From the NCBI GenBank assembly GCA_038203255.1, contig JBBREE010000003.1, positions 1 through 52,961 of the forward strand: a DNA stretch of 52,961 nucleotides, given 5' to 3'. Both the position numbers and the translations under genes were made by a program. The notes below the pieces were generated by a model. That model was given only the letters and a program-made list of their open reading frames with translations. It had not been told where the DNA came from and did not search any database. The stretch's first letter is position 1. Each line of letters begins with the position of its first letter. This DNA is from Candidatus Moraniibacteriota bacterium (GTDB lineage Bacteria > Patescibacteriota > Minisyncoccia > Moranbacterales > UBA2206). This document shows positions 18,935 to 27,666 of the stretch, in pieces.

Positions 18935-20158
18935 ATGGCTAAAAAGATGGTGTTTTGGATTGTATTATTTATTGCTTTGGGGACTTTTTCGCGAGTAGCT
19001 TTGGCTGATGTAGGGTCCTGCGTAGAATGCAGCGGCCTGATGGACGGTGCTTGTCTGGCAGAAAAATATCTTCCTTTTAATCAATTTAACACAGACTCGA
19101 GTTCTGAGCGAGAGTGGTCAGCTTTCGAGGGAAATTTTTTTGCCAAAGATAATATGATCGGCGTTCGTTTCAGATTAGACGATGAATCAAAGAGAACGCT
19201 TAATCAAGGAGGGCTTGGATTAGAGGTTGAAATTATTGAAAAAGGCGGGCATAAGTTGAATTGGGGTCTCCTTATTCACAATCTACCTAGCAACGCTAGG
19301 ATTACGGATGATACAAGGGCACTTGATAATGGAGGAGATACCGTAAATGCGGTTTTAATTCGTAACCCGGAGAAGCTTAGTGTGGGAAAGGATTATTATA
19401 TCTGGTTTATTTTTAGGGATTCAATTCCTAAAGAAGGGGTTACAATTCAGCCGAATATAGTTATTGATATTCACACTAGTTGTTCTGATTTTGATTTTAT
19501 TTGTTTAGATGTAAATGATCCAGAAGCATGCGAGTATTTTGAGATGGAGACGGACTCATTTAGGCCGTTCGTCGCTTATCCAGATAGTAGAGAAGGCGTA
19601 ATATGGAATAATAAAAAATCAAGTGAGAAATATACTCCCAACCTTCAAGAAGTTAATGGGTTTTGGTATGTTTCTTATAATATGAATCCATCCAATCTAG
19701 GAGGTATATATTATATTGCAACAAAAGATGAATCGGGTGCTGTTGTGAGCGCATATAACCCTCAAAGTTCCGAAGACTCCGAAACCGACCCCGGAACATC
19801 ATCCGGAGACTATGGCAAAGTAACCATGTCCACACCAAGCAGTTCCTCTTCAAAATCGGAACTCTACGTCAAAGAACTGAAATTCAAAGACGAAAAGACC
19901 AAATATTATGACGATGAAACAGGCCATGCTTATGCCACAGCCAAAAATGTCGGGATAGACGCGCCCGACACGGACATTAAGATTAAACTTTTCCGCTTCA
20001 AAGGTGAAACTGAAAACGGAGACACGAAAGAGGTGGGAAGTGAGAACATTAGAGGAACGAATCTAAAATCTGGCGACAGCAAGGAAGAAGGATTTTCATT
20101 CGGCGCTCCAGATGACACTCGTAAATTTGATGTGTCAGTTGACATTTTCCTGCATTAA
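18935..20158 (+). CDS. Secreted Cys-rich protein with C-terminally truncated CARDB-like constant region
   Basis: Signal peptide (..VALA-DV); unique N-domain; Ser-rich linker and domain nearly identical to 21066..22841, ending ~180 aa earlier. Confidence 0.75.
   Translation: MAKKMVFWIVLFIALGTFSRVALADVGSCVECSGLMDGACLAEKYLPFNQFNTDSSSEREWSAFEGNFFAKDNMIGVRFRLDDESKRTLNQGGLGLEVEIIEKGGHKLNWGLLIHNLPSNARITDDTRALDNGGDTVNAVLIRNPEKLSVGKDYYIWFIFRDSIPKEGVTIQPNIVIDIHTSCSDFDFICLDVNDPEACEYFEMETDSFRPFVAYPDSREGVIWNNKKSSEKYTPNLQEVNGFWYVSYNMNPSNLGGIYYIATKDESGAVVSAYNPQSSEDSETDPGTSSGDYGKVTMSTPSSSSSKSELYVKELKFKDEKTKYYDDETGHAYATAKNVGIDAPDTDIKIKLFRFKGETENGDTKEVGSENIRGTNLKSGDSKEEGFSFGAPDDTRKFDVSVDIFLH
19770..20078 (+). 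repeat. Constant-region direct repeat, copy 1 (partner 21994-22302)
   Basis: Core 19824-20078 vs 22048-22302: 7 mismatches in 255 bp by manual count. Confidence 0.95.
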
Positions 20159-20167
20159 ATCTAAAAT
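20139..20167 (+). promoter_or_regulatory. sigma70 promoter of cassette 2, overlapping the end of the truncated gene
   Basis: TTGACA (20139-20144), 17 bp, TAAAAT (20162-20167). Confidence 0.75.
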
Positions 20168-20200
20168 ATCATCAATGATCAGTAATTTTTGAATAAAACT

Positions 20201-20974
20201 ATGACAAAAAAAGCATTTTTCAAAAGACTTTTTTTGATCCTGTTATACCCAGCAGGCGCTTTACTGTTCCTTGTAGTTCTTTTCGCTATTGCATATTATT
20301 CGGATTTCATCCCGCATAATCACTACGCAAAGGGTGATATTAATGACATTATTTACGCCGAACCGACTCAGGAAGCGAAGGATTTCGATGTGGAAAAATA
20401 CATAGATAGTCTCCCGAGCGTGGAATACAAACATATCGATTACCCTATCAAGGAAACTTATACTTACGAATTTAATAATTATATTTTAACAGTCGATATA
20501 CCGGAAGGGTTTAAAGCTTATGAATTTAAATTGGCAGGTAATCCGAGAGTAATAGACTCTACGAATATTGAGGATTCGTGTGACAGGCCTGGCGCAAGAA
20601 GTTTATGTACTGGGCCGAAAGACGGGATATTCAAGGGCTCTACAGTGTTTCCGGATAAGCTTCTTTGTATCGGTAAAAATAATAATATAGGAAATAATTG
20701 CAATGGTGATAGTATAAAGATAAGTCCGTATAAATCTCAGTATAAAGGCATTAGTTTGCGCGATATATATGTGAATATGCTAAGATATAATGAAGATAAA
20801 TATATTGTAAGGGGGGTGTTTTTTTCTGGATATTGCAATAATTATAATTTTTCATTGGGAACATTGCTTTCTGATCAACAAGGCCTAGGAATTTCTACAG
20901 CATCTTTTTCATCTTCATTTTCAAGAGATTTACACTTGAGCATTCTAGATTCCATCAAAATCAGAAAAAAATAA
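20201..20974 (+). CDS. Membrane-anchored PsbP/DcrB-like protein (cassette 2 partner)
   Basis: Paralog of 17641..18402 (DFIPHNHY, YAEPTQEAKDFDVE, ILDSIKIRKK identical); central loops diverged. Confidence 0.6.
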   Translation: MTKKAFFKRLFLILLYPAGALLFLVVLFAIAYYSDFIPHNHYAKGDINDIIYAEPTQEAKDFDVEKYIDSLPSVEYKHIDYPIKETYTYEFNNYILTVDIPEGFKAYEFKLAGNPRVIDSTNIEDSCDRPGARSLCTGPKDGIFKGSTVFPDKLLCIGKNNNIGNNCNGDSIKISPYKSQYKGISLRDIYVNMLRYNEDKYIVRGVFFSGYCNNYNFSLGTLLSDQQGLGISTASFSSSFSRDLHLSILDSIKIRKK

Positions 20975-21065
20975 GCAAAAAATATTTTTACTGCAGCACA
21001 CAAAATGGTTGTGTATTGCATGAGAATGTCTTTAGTCCATTAAAAACAGAATAAGGAGGCAGCAA

Positions 21066-22841
21066 ATGAAAGTGAGAATTTTGACTAGTATTTCTTTTGT
21101 AATGATATTTATGTTTTTGGCAAATATCGTTACCTACGCATCTAACCCTTCTGATTGTAGCAGTATCGATGTTAAATGTGTCAAAGATCAATTTGGTCTT
21201 AGTACGATTAATAAGGCTATTGATCCTTGGACTCCCGAAAAAGGCGCTGTTCTTTTTTACGGAGAAAGCAGAATATTTACGGCTTATCTATATTTTGATG
21301 GAACAGCTAAAACATTCTACGAAAACAATCCTTGGGCTGGTTTTGAGATTGATATCAATTTCCAAGGCATTAATAACTACACTATTCCCAGAATTGACCC
21401 GGATTCCGTAGCTGGCCCATCAGGAACAGATCCTTTGAGGGATACGATTATCGGAGACTGGAGCACCGCTACACGCGGGATAACCGTCACGCACCCATCT
21501 TCCCTGAAAGAGGGTTGGAATGTTTTTAGTTTCCAGTTGAAAGATGATTTCTTTGTTGATTTGGGCAATAATGTTCCCATTAAGGCTAACATCCAATTGG
21601 TTGCTAATGTTGCCAGTTCAAGTTTTATAAACACATTAACAGAAAGGAATGATTTTAGTTGGGTCGCCGAGTGGCTTTATAGATGGATTGTCATTGGTGA
21701 AATTGGAAACGTAGGGTCGCTTAGAGGCGAAGTATTTCGGTATTTTACGATGGATAATTTTCAGCAGGCATTGAGCGGAGATAATCCAGTTAATATTACC
21801 TCGTCTGACCAATGGCAGGGTCTCTGCTGGAATAGCTCTGATCCGGATATCTCCGCAAAAGAATGTGACTCGTCAAACTTTGTAGCTTTGATGAACGCGT
21901 CTTCTCAACCTCAAGACAACTCTCAAAAGCAGAATCTAGAGGGATTTATTGGACCGGTTCTAAATACCGGCGGAGGATATAATCCTCCTAATCCCGAAGC
22001 CTCCGAAACTGACCCTGGACAAACTAGTGGGGACTACGGCAAAGTCACCATGTCCACACCAAGCAGTTCCTCTTCAAAACCGGAACTCTACGTCAAAGAA
22101 CTGAAATTCAAAGACGAAAAGACCAAATATTATGACGATGAAACCGGCCATGCTTATGCCACAGCGAAAAACGTCGGGATAGACGCGCCTGACACGGACA
22201 TTAAGATTAAACTTTTCCGCTTCAAAGGTGAAACTGAAAACGGAGACACGAAAGAAGTGGGAAGTGAGAACATCAGAGGAACGAATCTAAAATCTGGCGA
22301 CACTAAACAAGAAGAATTTGATTTCAGTATTCCGGATGACGAAGGAGTCTATCCATACTACGCGGTCATTGATACAAGTGGTGCAGTTTCTGAAGCCAAT
22401 GAAAACAATAATCGCTTGGGCAATATCCGTCTCAGGGTGCATCATCGGCCAGACATCCATGTTAGTGAATTGACTTTAGATGACGGGCGAGCTCAATTTG
22501 ATCAACAAGAATTTGTCAAAGGCAAAGTAACAGTCACTAATACCGGTGGAGAACCCTTTATTGATGTGCCGGTTCATTGGTATCTCGACGGCAAGCATAT
22601 CGGAGACGATAATATGCGACACTGGAACATTGAGAATGGAGACGAAAAACACGAAGATATTTACGTTCTCATTCCAATTGTCATCGGAACTCACACATTT
22701 AAAGCCTGTGCCGAACTGGACGCTGATCGTGATCAAAGGGATAATTGTAAGCAAATTACTTTTCAGGTTGTTGAATCTTCACCAGCTCCAAGTTCTCAAA
22801 TGAGCTTAATAGCTCCTGTCGATTTCAAGATTGTTGAATGA
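21066..22841 (+). CDS. Secreted protein: variable N-domain + Ser-rich linker + two CARDB/Ig-like domains (full-length member)
   Basis: Signal peptide; AVIDTSGAVSEANENNN and RPDIHV..VTNTG..GTHTFKACA..DNC CARDB-type motifs; SD AAGGAGG at 21053-21059. Confidence 0.8.
   Translation: MKVRILTSISFVMIFMFLANIVTYASNPSDCSSIDVKCVKDQFGLSTINKAIDPWTPEKGAVLFYGESRIFTAYLYFDGTAKTFYENNPWAGFEIDINFQGINNYTIPRIDPDSVAGPSGTDPLRDTIIGDWSTATRGITVTHPSSLKEGWNVFSFQLKDDFFVDLGNNVPIKANIQLVANVASSSFINTLTERNDFSWVAEWLYRWIVIGEIGNVGSLRGEVFRYFTMDNFQQALSGDNPVNITSSDQWQGLCWNSSDPDISAKECDSSNFVALMNASSQPQDNSQKQNLEGFIGPVLNTGGGYNPPNPEASETDPGQTSGDYGKVTMSTPSSSSSKPELYVKELKFKDEKTKYYDDETGHAYATAKNVGIDAPDTDIKIKLFRFKGETENGDTKEVGSENIRGTNLKSGDTKQEEFDFSIPDDEGVYPYYAVIDTSGAVSEANENNNRLGNIRLRVHHRPDIHVSELTLDDGRAQFDQQEFVKGKVTVTNTGGEPFIDVPVHWYLDGKHIGDDNMRHWNIENGDEKHEDIYVLIPIVIGTHTFKACAELDADRDQRDNCKQITFQVVESSPAPSSQMSLIAPVDFKIVE
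21994..22302 (+). repeat. Constant-region direct repeat, copy 2
   Basis: Offset 2224 bp from copy 1. Confidence 0.95.
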
Positions 22842-22855
22842 AACCTTTTTTCAAG

Positions 22856-22893
22856 AAACGCTCCTGCCTGAATAAGCTGGAGTGTTTTTATTT
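22856..22893 (+). terminator. Intrinsic terminator closing island 1
   Basis: AAACGCTCCTGC...GCTGGAGTGTTT followed by T tract. Confidence 0.6.
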
Positions 22894-22909
22894 TGTAAAA
22901 ATCATGATC

Positions 22910-22938
22910 TTGGAAAAAGATTGTAGTTGTGCTATTAT
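22910..22938 (+). promoter_or_regulatory. sigma70 promoter for scpAB
   Basis: TTGGAA, 17 bp, extended TGcTATTAT. Confidence 0.6.
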
Positions 22939-22967
22939 ATGGGGAGTAAAATAAATTCTACCCGGAT

Positions 22968-23675
22968 ATGGCTTATAACGTGAAATTGGAAAAATTTGAG
23001 GGCCCGATGGAGCTTCTTTTGGAGTTGATTAATAAGGAAAAATTAGATATCACGGAACTCAGTCTTTCCAAAGTGACGGATGAATTCTTGGAACATATTA
23101 GAAACAATGAAAACATCCATTTGGAACATCTAGCTGATTTTTTGACAGTGGCGGCGCGCCTCATTCTTATCAAATCCAAAGCTATTTTACCGATGCTCAA
23201 ATTCAGTGAAGAAGAAGAGGAGGAAATTAAGGATTTAACATATCAATTAGCAGAATATAAAAAATTCAAAGAAGCCTCTTTAAAGTTGGGCGCGATGGCG
23301 GAAGAGCGTCATATTTGTTATTCGAGGGAAGGTTTTATCGGTGTTGCGCCGGTTTTCTATCCGCCGGAAGATTTGAATGCGTATGATCTTAAAAAATATT
23401 TCTTATCCGTACTTTCTGAGATTCCGATTGTCGAAAGATTGGAAGAAGAAATTGTTTCCGAAGTGATAACCTTGGAAGAGCGTATTAATGATTTAGAGAC
23501 AATGCTGAGGGAAAAAGTTCAATCATCCTTTTCCTCTTTAGTGGAAAAAGCGAAGGATAAGGTGGACGTGATCATCTCTTTTTTGGCGATGTTGGAAATG
23601 GTAAAGCAAAGGATTATAATGGTAGATCAAAAAGAATTATTTGAAGAAATACAATTAAGTATGAAAAATCAATAA
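22968..23675 (+). CDS. scpA: Segregation and condensation protein A (kleisin)
   Basis: FEGPMELLLELI, IKSKAILP, SFLAMLEMVK. Confidence 0.95.
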   Translation: MAYNVKLEKFEGPMELLLELINKEKLDITELSLSKVTDEFLEHIRNNENIHLEHLADFLTVAARLILIKSKAILPMLKFSEEEEEEIKDLTYQLAEYKKFKEASLKLGAMAEERHICYSREGFIGVAPVFYPPEDLNAYDLKKYFLSVLSEIPIVERLEEEIVSEVITLEERINDLETMLREKVQSSFSSLVEKAKDKVDVIISFLAMLEMVKQRIIMVDQKELFEEIQLSMKNQ

Positions 23676-23684
23676 TTATATTTT

Positions 23685-24227
23685 ATGGATCAAGAAAAAC
23701 TCAAATCAATAATCGAAAGCATCCTGTTTATTAGCGGAGAACCGGTAGAAATCGCCCGGATAGTTAAGGTGGCCGGAGTGGAAAATGAAGAGGTGGAGCA
23801 GGCTCTTTTGATTTTGCAAGAAGAATACTCCCATGGGAGAGGTCTCACTATTATCAGAAAAGAAGATTCGGCTCAAATGACCACTAGCGCAGAAAATGCT
23901 GATATCATTTCCGAGTTAGTAAAAAGTGGTATCCAAGATGGACTGAGCAAAGCTGCTCTAGAAACGCTTTCCATTGTGGCTTATCGCGGTCCAATTTCTC
24001 GAGTCAGTATGGAGGCTATTCGCGGAGTGAATTGCAGTTTTACTTTACGCGCTCTTTTGCTTCGTGGACTCCTGGAGCGAATGGACGACCCGAATGGTGG
24101 ACGCTCATACCTTTACAAGATCTCTTTTGATTTTTTGAAAAAAATGGGATTGGAGAGAATCGAAAGCCTGCCGGACTATGAAACTCTTTCGCAAGACAGT
24201 CGCATAGAGAGTGTCTTGGAAGGATAA
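23685..24227 (+). CDS. scpB: Segregation and condensation protein B
   Basis: IESILFISGEP, LSKAALETLSIVAYRGPISR, IRGVN. Confidence 0.95.
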   Translation: MDQEKLKSIIESILFISGEPVEIARIVKVAGVENEEVEQALLILQEEYSHGRGLTIIRKEDSAQMTTSAENADIISELVKSGIQDGLSKAALETLSIVAYRGPISRVSMEAIRGVNCSFTLRALLLRGLLERMDDPNGGRSYLYKISFDFLKKMGLERIESLPDYETLSQDSRIESVLEG

Positions 24228-24243
24228 TTTAAAATTTTTTCAG

Positions 24244-25281
24244 ATGTTAAATATAATTTTTTCCATTTTAATAATGCCTTTTCTACCGATTTTTATGTAT
24301 GGTGGATTGGGAACGTCAGCTAATCAGCCCATGGCCAAATCGGCTGAGGTGTTGGGGGAAATCAGTCAGAAAAATCCCGACGGGACTCTTTGTGCGCCGG
24401 ATGATTCACAAAGTATCCAAAGTCGTAATCTTTTTCCACTCAGTCAATCACCTACATCGCTCATTCCTACTCGGAAGGCGGATTACGCGGATATAAAAAT
24501 TTGGGCTGGTTCGACGGCAGTAGTTGATGTGGACAGCGGAACACTTTTGGAATATTCCAATGGCCGCAAAGAAACTCAAATTGCCTCGCTCACTAAAATT
24601 ATGACAGCTGTTCTCACTGTGGAAAAAGTGAAGAATCTAGATGAGGCCGTGACCATCACTCAGACCGCTTTGAATGTTGATGGCACGACAGTTGGTTGCC
24701 CGACCAGCGTTTTTTGCAATGGTCCACGGATGAAAGCAGGGGAGCAAATGACTGTGCGTAGTTTGCTCACGGCTATGCTTTTAAATAGTGCCAACGACGC
24801 GGCGACAGCCCTGGGTATCCACATTGGAGGTTCTAAAGAGGATTTTGTGAAGATGATGAATGATAAGGCACAGAGTCTTGGACTCAAAGACACTCACTTT
24901 TGTACGCCTTCGGGACTGGAGATTGATGGCCATGAAGACGAATGTTACTCGTCCGCCTATGACATTGCGCGCATTGCTTCCTACTCATTGCAACATGAAT
25001 TGGTTTGGGACATAATGAAGATAGAGGAAACTTCCGTAACTTCGCTGGACGGAAAATATATTCATCAACTGAAAAATACCGACAGACTTTTAGGAGAGAT
25101 GCCTGATTGTATTGGTGGGAAAACCGGATTTACACCTTTGGCTGGTAAATCTTTGCTTTTGGCTGCCAATGATCCTACTGGTAAACACAGAATAGTGGCG
25201 GTAATTTTAAATGATGAAGATCGTTGGACGGATATGCGGAAGTTAGTCAGTTGGGTTTTTGATAATTATGAATGGAAATAA
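24244..25281 (+). CDS. dacA: D-alanyl-D-alanine carboxypeptidase (peptidase S11)
   Basis: IASLTKIMT (SxxK), SAND (SxN), GGKTGFT; start moved to ATG 24244. Confidence 0.88.
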   Translation: MLNIIFSILIMPFLPIFMYGGLGTSANQPMAKSAEVLGEISQKNPDGTLCAPDDSQSIQSRNLFPLSQSPTSLIPTRKADYADIKIWAGSTAVVDVDSGTLLEYSNGRKETQIASLTKIMTAVLTVEKVKNLDEAVTITQTALNVDGTTVGCPTSVFCNGPRMKAGEQMTVRSLLTAMLLNSANDAATALGIHIGGSKEDFVKMMNDKAQSLGLKDTHFCTPSGLEIDGHEDECYSSAYDIARIASYSLQHELVWDIMKIEETSVTSLDGKYIHQLKNTDRLLGEMPDCIGGKTGFTPLAGKSLLLAANDPTGKHRIVAVILNDEDRWTDMRKLVSWVFDNYEWK

Positions 25282-25285
25282 TTTT

Positions 25286-26386
25286 ATGGATATTTCTCAA
25301 GTACAAGACATCCCGGATGTGGTTAACGTGCTCAAGATTCTAGTCACGGGTTTTTTGGCTTTCATTCTAGCCTTTGCCCTGACACCACTCTGGACACATT
25401 TGTTGTATAAATATAAATTGGGTATTAAGATAAAAGAAAAGGCTGTGTCGGGAGAGAAATTGACCTATGTTAATGCTATGCATAAACACAAATCAGGCAC
25501 GCCGACCATGGGGGGTGTTTTGGTTTGGTTTCCTGTTTTAATCTTAGTTTTTGTTTCTCACTATCTTTTTCCACTGATTTCCTGTTGGTTGGGAATTCGT
25601 TTTCTTGCCAGGTTGGATTTTTTGAGTCATTCCCAAGTGTGGTTGCCACTTTTCGCCCTGGTCTCAGCTGGAATCTTGGGACTGGCTGATGATTGGATGA
25701 GCATTAAAGGTATTGGGAAAAATAAAGGCGGAGGAATGAGATTTTTGGCTCGCTTTGGTTGGCTTATTGTAATTTCGGCTCTGGGTGCTTGGTGGTTCTA
25801 TTACAAACTTGGTTGGGACAAGATTCATGTTCCGGCGATGGGAGATTTTTCTATCGGACTTTGGTATATTCCTGTTTTTCTTTTCATTCTTCTTTTTACC
25901 GCTATCTCTTCTAATGAAACGGATGGTCTGGACGGTTTAAATGGGGGAGTTTTGCTCATCGCTTTCACATCATTTGGGCTCATTTCTTTTTTGCAAAACA
26001 AAATAGATTTAGCGGCTTTTTGTGCGGCTTTGGCCGGAGCGCTCTTAGCCTTCCTTTGGTTTAATATTTATCCGGCGCGCTTTTTTATGGGAGACACTGG
26101 AGCAGTTTCTTTAGGGCTCACACTTGGGATTGTGGCGATGCTAACTAATTCCGCCCTGGTGCTTCTCATTATTGTTTTTCTTTATGTCATCGAGTCAGGT
26201 TCGGCCGCTATTCAGCTAACGAGTAAAAGATTTTTTCACCGTAAAGTTTTTTTAGCTGCGCCCATCCATCACCATTTTGAAGCCAAGGGTTGGCCGGAAA
26301 CAAAAGTGACAATGCGCGCCTGGATTTTCACAATGGTGACCGCCATTTTGGGGCTCATTGTGGGGATTTTGGGAGCGGGACACTAA
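25286..26386 (+). CDS. mraY: Phospho-N-acetylmuramoyl-pentapeptide transferase
   Basis: KSGTPTMGG, GLADD, NETDGLDGL, FMGDTG, APIHHHFE; start moved to ATG 25286. Confidence 0.95.
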   Translation: MDISQVQDIPDVVNVLKILVTGFLAFILAFALTPLWTHLLYKYKLGIKIKEKAVSGEKLTYVNAMHKHKSGTPTMGGVLVWFPVLILVFVSHYLFPLISCWLGIRFLARLDFLSHSQVWLPLFALVSAGILGLADDWMSIKGIGKNKGGGMRFLARFGWLIVISALGAWWFYYKLGWDKIHVPAMGDFSIGLWYIPVFLFILLFTAISSNETDGLDGLNGGVLLIAFTSFGLISFLQNKIDLAAFCAALAGALLAFLWFNIYPARFFMGDTGAVSLGLTLGIVAMLTNSALVLLIIVFLYVIESGSAAIQLTSKRFFHRKVFLAAPIHHHFEAKGWPETKVTMRAWIFTMVTAILGLIVGILGAGH

Positions 26387-26389
26387 ATA

Positions 26390-26419
26390 GGTAAAAGGTA
26401 AAAGGCAAAAGGTAAAAGG
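26390..26419. repeat. 7-bp tandem repeat (GGYAAAA)x4
   Basis: GGTAAAA GGTAAAA GGCAAAA GGTAAAA; two further units at 41936-41949. Confidence 0.85.
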
Positions 26420-26447
26420 ATTATAATAAATTCAAATTATAAAAAAT

Positions 26448-27494
26448 ATGGAGATAAGAAAAATACAAGAAGCGAATATTGAGAATAAAAAAGTTTTATT
26501 GCGGGTGGATTTTAATGTGTCTCTAGAGGACGGACACGTGAAAGAATCCTTTAAGATATCTGCTGCCAAAGAGACTCTGGATTATTTATTGTCAAAAAAT
26601 TGTAAAGTGGCGATGATTTCACACCTAGGAAGACCAGATGGTAAAGTTAATCCTGAATTTTCCTTAGAACAGGTGGTGGTGGATGCGGATATCATTCTGG
26701 GGAAAGAGATAACTTTTGTGCCGGATTGCATCGGAGAAAAAGTCTCGGCGGCTTTGGAAAATTTAACCGATGGAGTTTTACTTTTGGAAAATGTTAGATT
26801 CTACGAAGGAGACGAAAAAAATGATGCAGATTTTACCAAGAAATTAGCAGAAAATTTTGATTTTTTTGTTAACGATGCTTTTAGCGCGTCTCACCGGGAT
26901 CATGCCTCTGTTTCCGGATTGGCTAAACTTTTGCCTAGCGCTGCCGGAATGAGACTCCTTGAGGAAATTCATGAAATGACCATTGTCAAAGATCACCCAA
27001 TCGCTCCAGCTGTGGCCATTATTGGTGGGGCTAAAATTGAAACTAAACTCCCGGTTATTAAATTTTTTGAAGAAAAATATGATTATATTTTAGTAGGTGG
27101 AAAAATTGCGAACGAAGCTATTGAAGAGAAAATGAAATTCAGCGACAAAGTCATCTTACCAATTGATTTTGTGGACGGCGGAATGGACATTGGACCTAGA
27201 ACCTTAGAACGCTTCAAATCAATCATCGCTACTGCTAAAACAATTGTTTGGAACGGACCGACTGGAAAATTCGAAGAAGAAAAATATGCTGTCAGTTCCA
27301 ATGAAATTTTAGAAGCGGTCGTTTCAAGCGGAGCCTTCGTACTTATTGGTGGTGGGGAAACCTTAGAAATCTTAGAAAAAAATCACGCCATGGACAAAGT
27401 TTCTTTCGTTTCCACCGGTGGCGGAGCAATGCTGGATTATCTGGGAGGCGCCCCGATGCCGGGAATAGAGGCGCTTGTAAAAACCACTGATTAA
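26448..27494 (+). CDS. pgk: Phosphoglycerate kinase (short form)
   Basis: RVDFNV, SHLGRP, LENVRF, NDAFSASHR, GGAK, WNGP, STGGGA. Confidence 0.93.
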   Translation: MEIRKIQEANIENKKVLLRVDFNVSLEDGHVKESFKISAAKETLDYLLSKNCKVAMISHLGRPDGKVNPEFSLEQVVVDADIILGKEITFVPDCIGEKVSAALENLTDGVLLLENVRFYEGDEKNDADFTKKLAENFDFFVNDAFSASHRDHASVSGLAKLLPSAAGMRLLEEIHEMTIVKDHPIAPAVAIIGGAKIETKLPVIKFFEEKYDYILVGGKIANEAIEEKMKFSDKVILPIDFVDGGMDIGPRTLERFKSIIATAKTIVWNGPTGKFEEEKYAVSSNEILEAVVSSGAFVLIGGGETLEILEKNHAMDKVSFVSTGGGAMLDYLGGAPMPGIEALVKTTD

Positions 27495-27526
27495 CACTAA
27501 TTTACGCATGATTTCACATGAATTTT

Positions 27527-27574
27527 TAGAGGACTCTATAGAGGACTCTATGGTACGTACCTCGGTACGTACTT
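27527..27574. repeat. 12-bp-period repeats: TAGAGGACTCTA x2 then YGGTACGTACYT x2
   Basis: Direct reading; units are self-complementary. Confidence 0.85.
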
Positions 27575-27666
27575 TTTCCGAAGGTTTTTTGTTTTGGGAG
27601 ATTGTGATATAATTAGAAAAGTATGGAGGTTGGAAAGAATAATAAATAAGAAATAAAGAAAAAAAT

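Larger units (their letters stand above)
17602..22841 (+). mobile_element. Accessory island 1: tandem cassettes (PsbP-like anchor + secreted variable/CARDB protein) between aspS and scpA
   Basis: Duplicated unit with shared flanks (17602-17700 vs 20162-20260; 18373-18437 vs 20945-21010) and shared constant region; no integrase in window. Confidence 0.7.

Noticed and set aside
19770-22302. Repeat pair as diversity-generating retroelement TR/VR
   Set aside because: No reverse transcriptase in the window; the 7 mismatches are mostly synonymous third positions and not adenine-specific.
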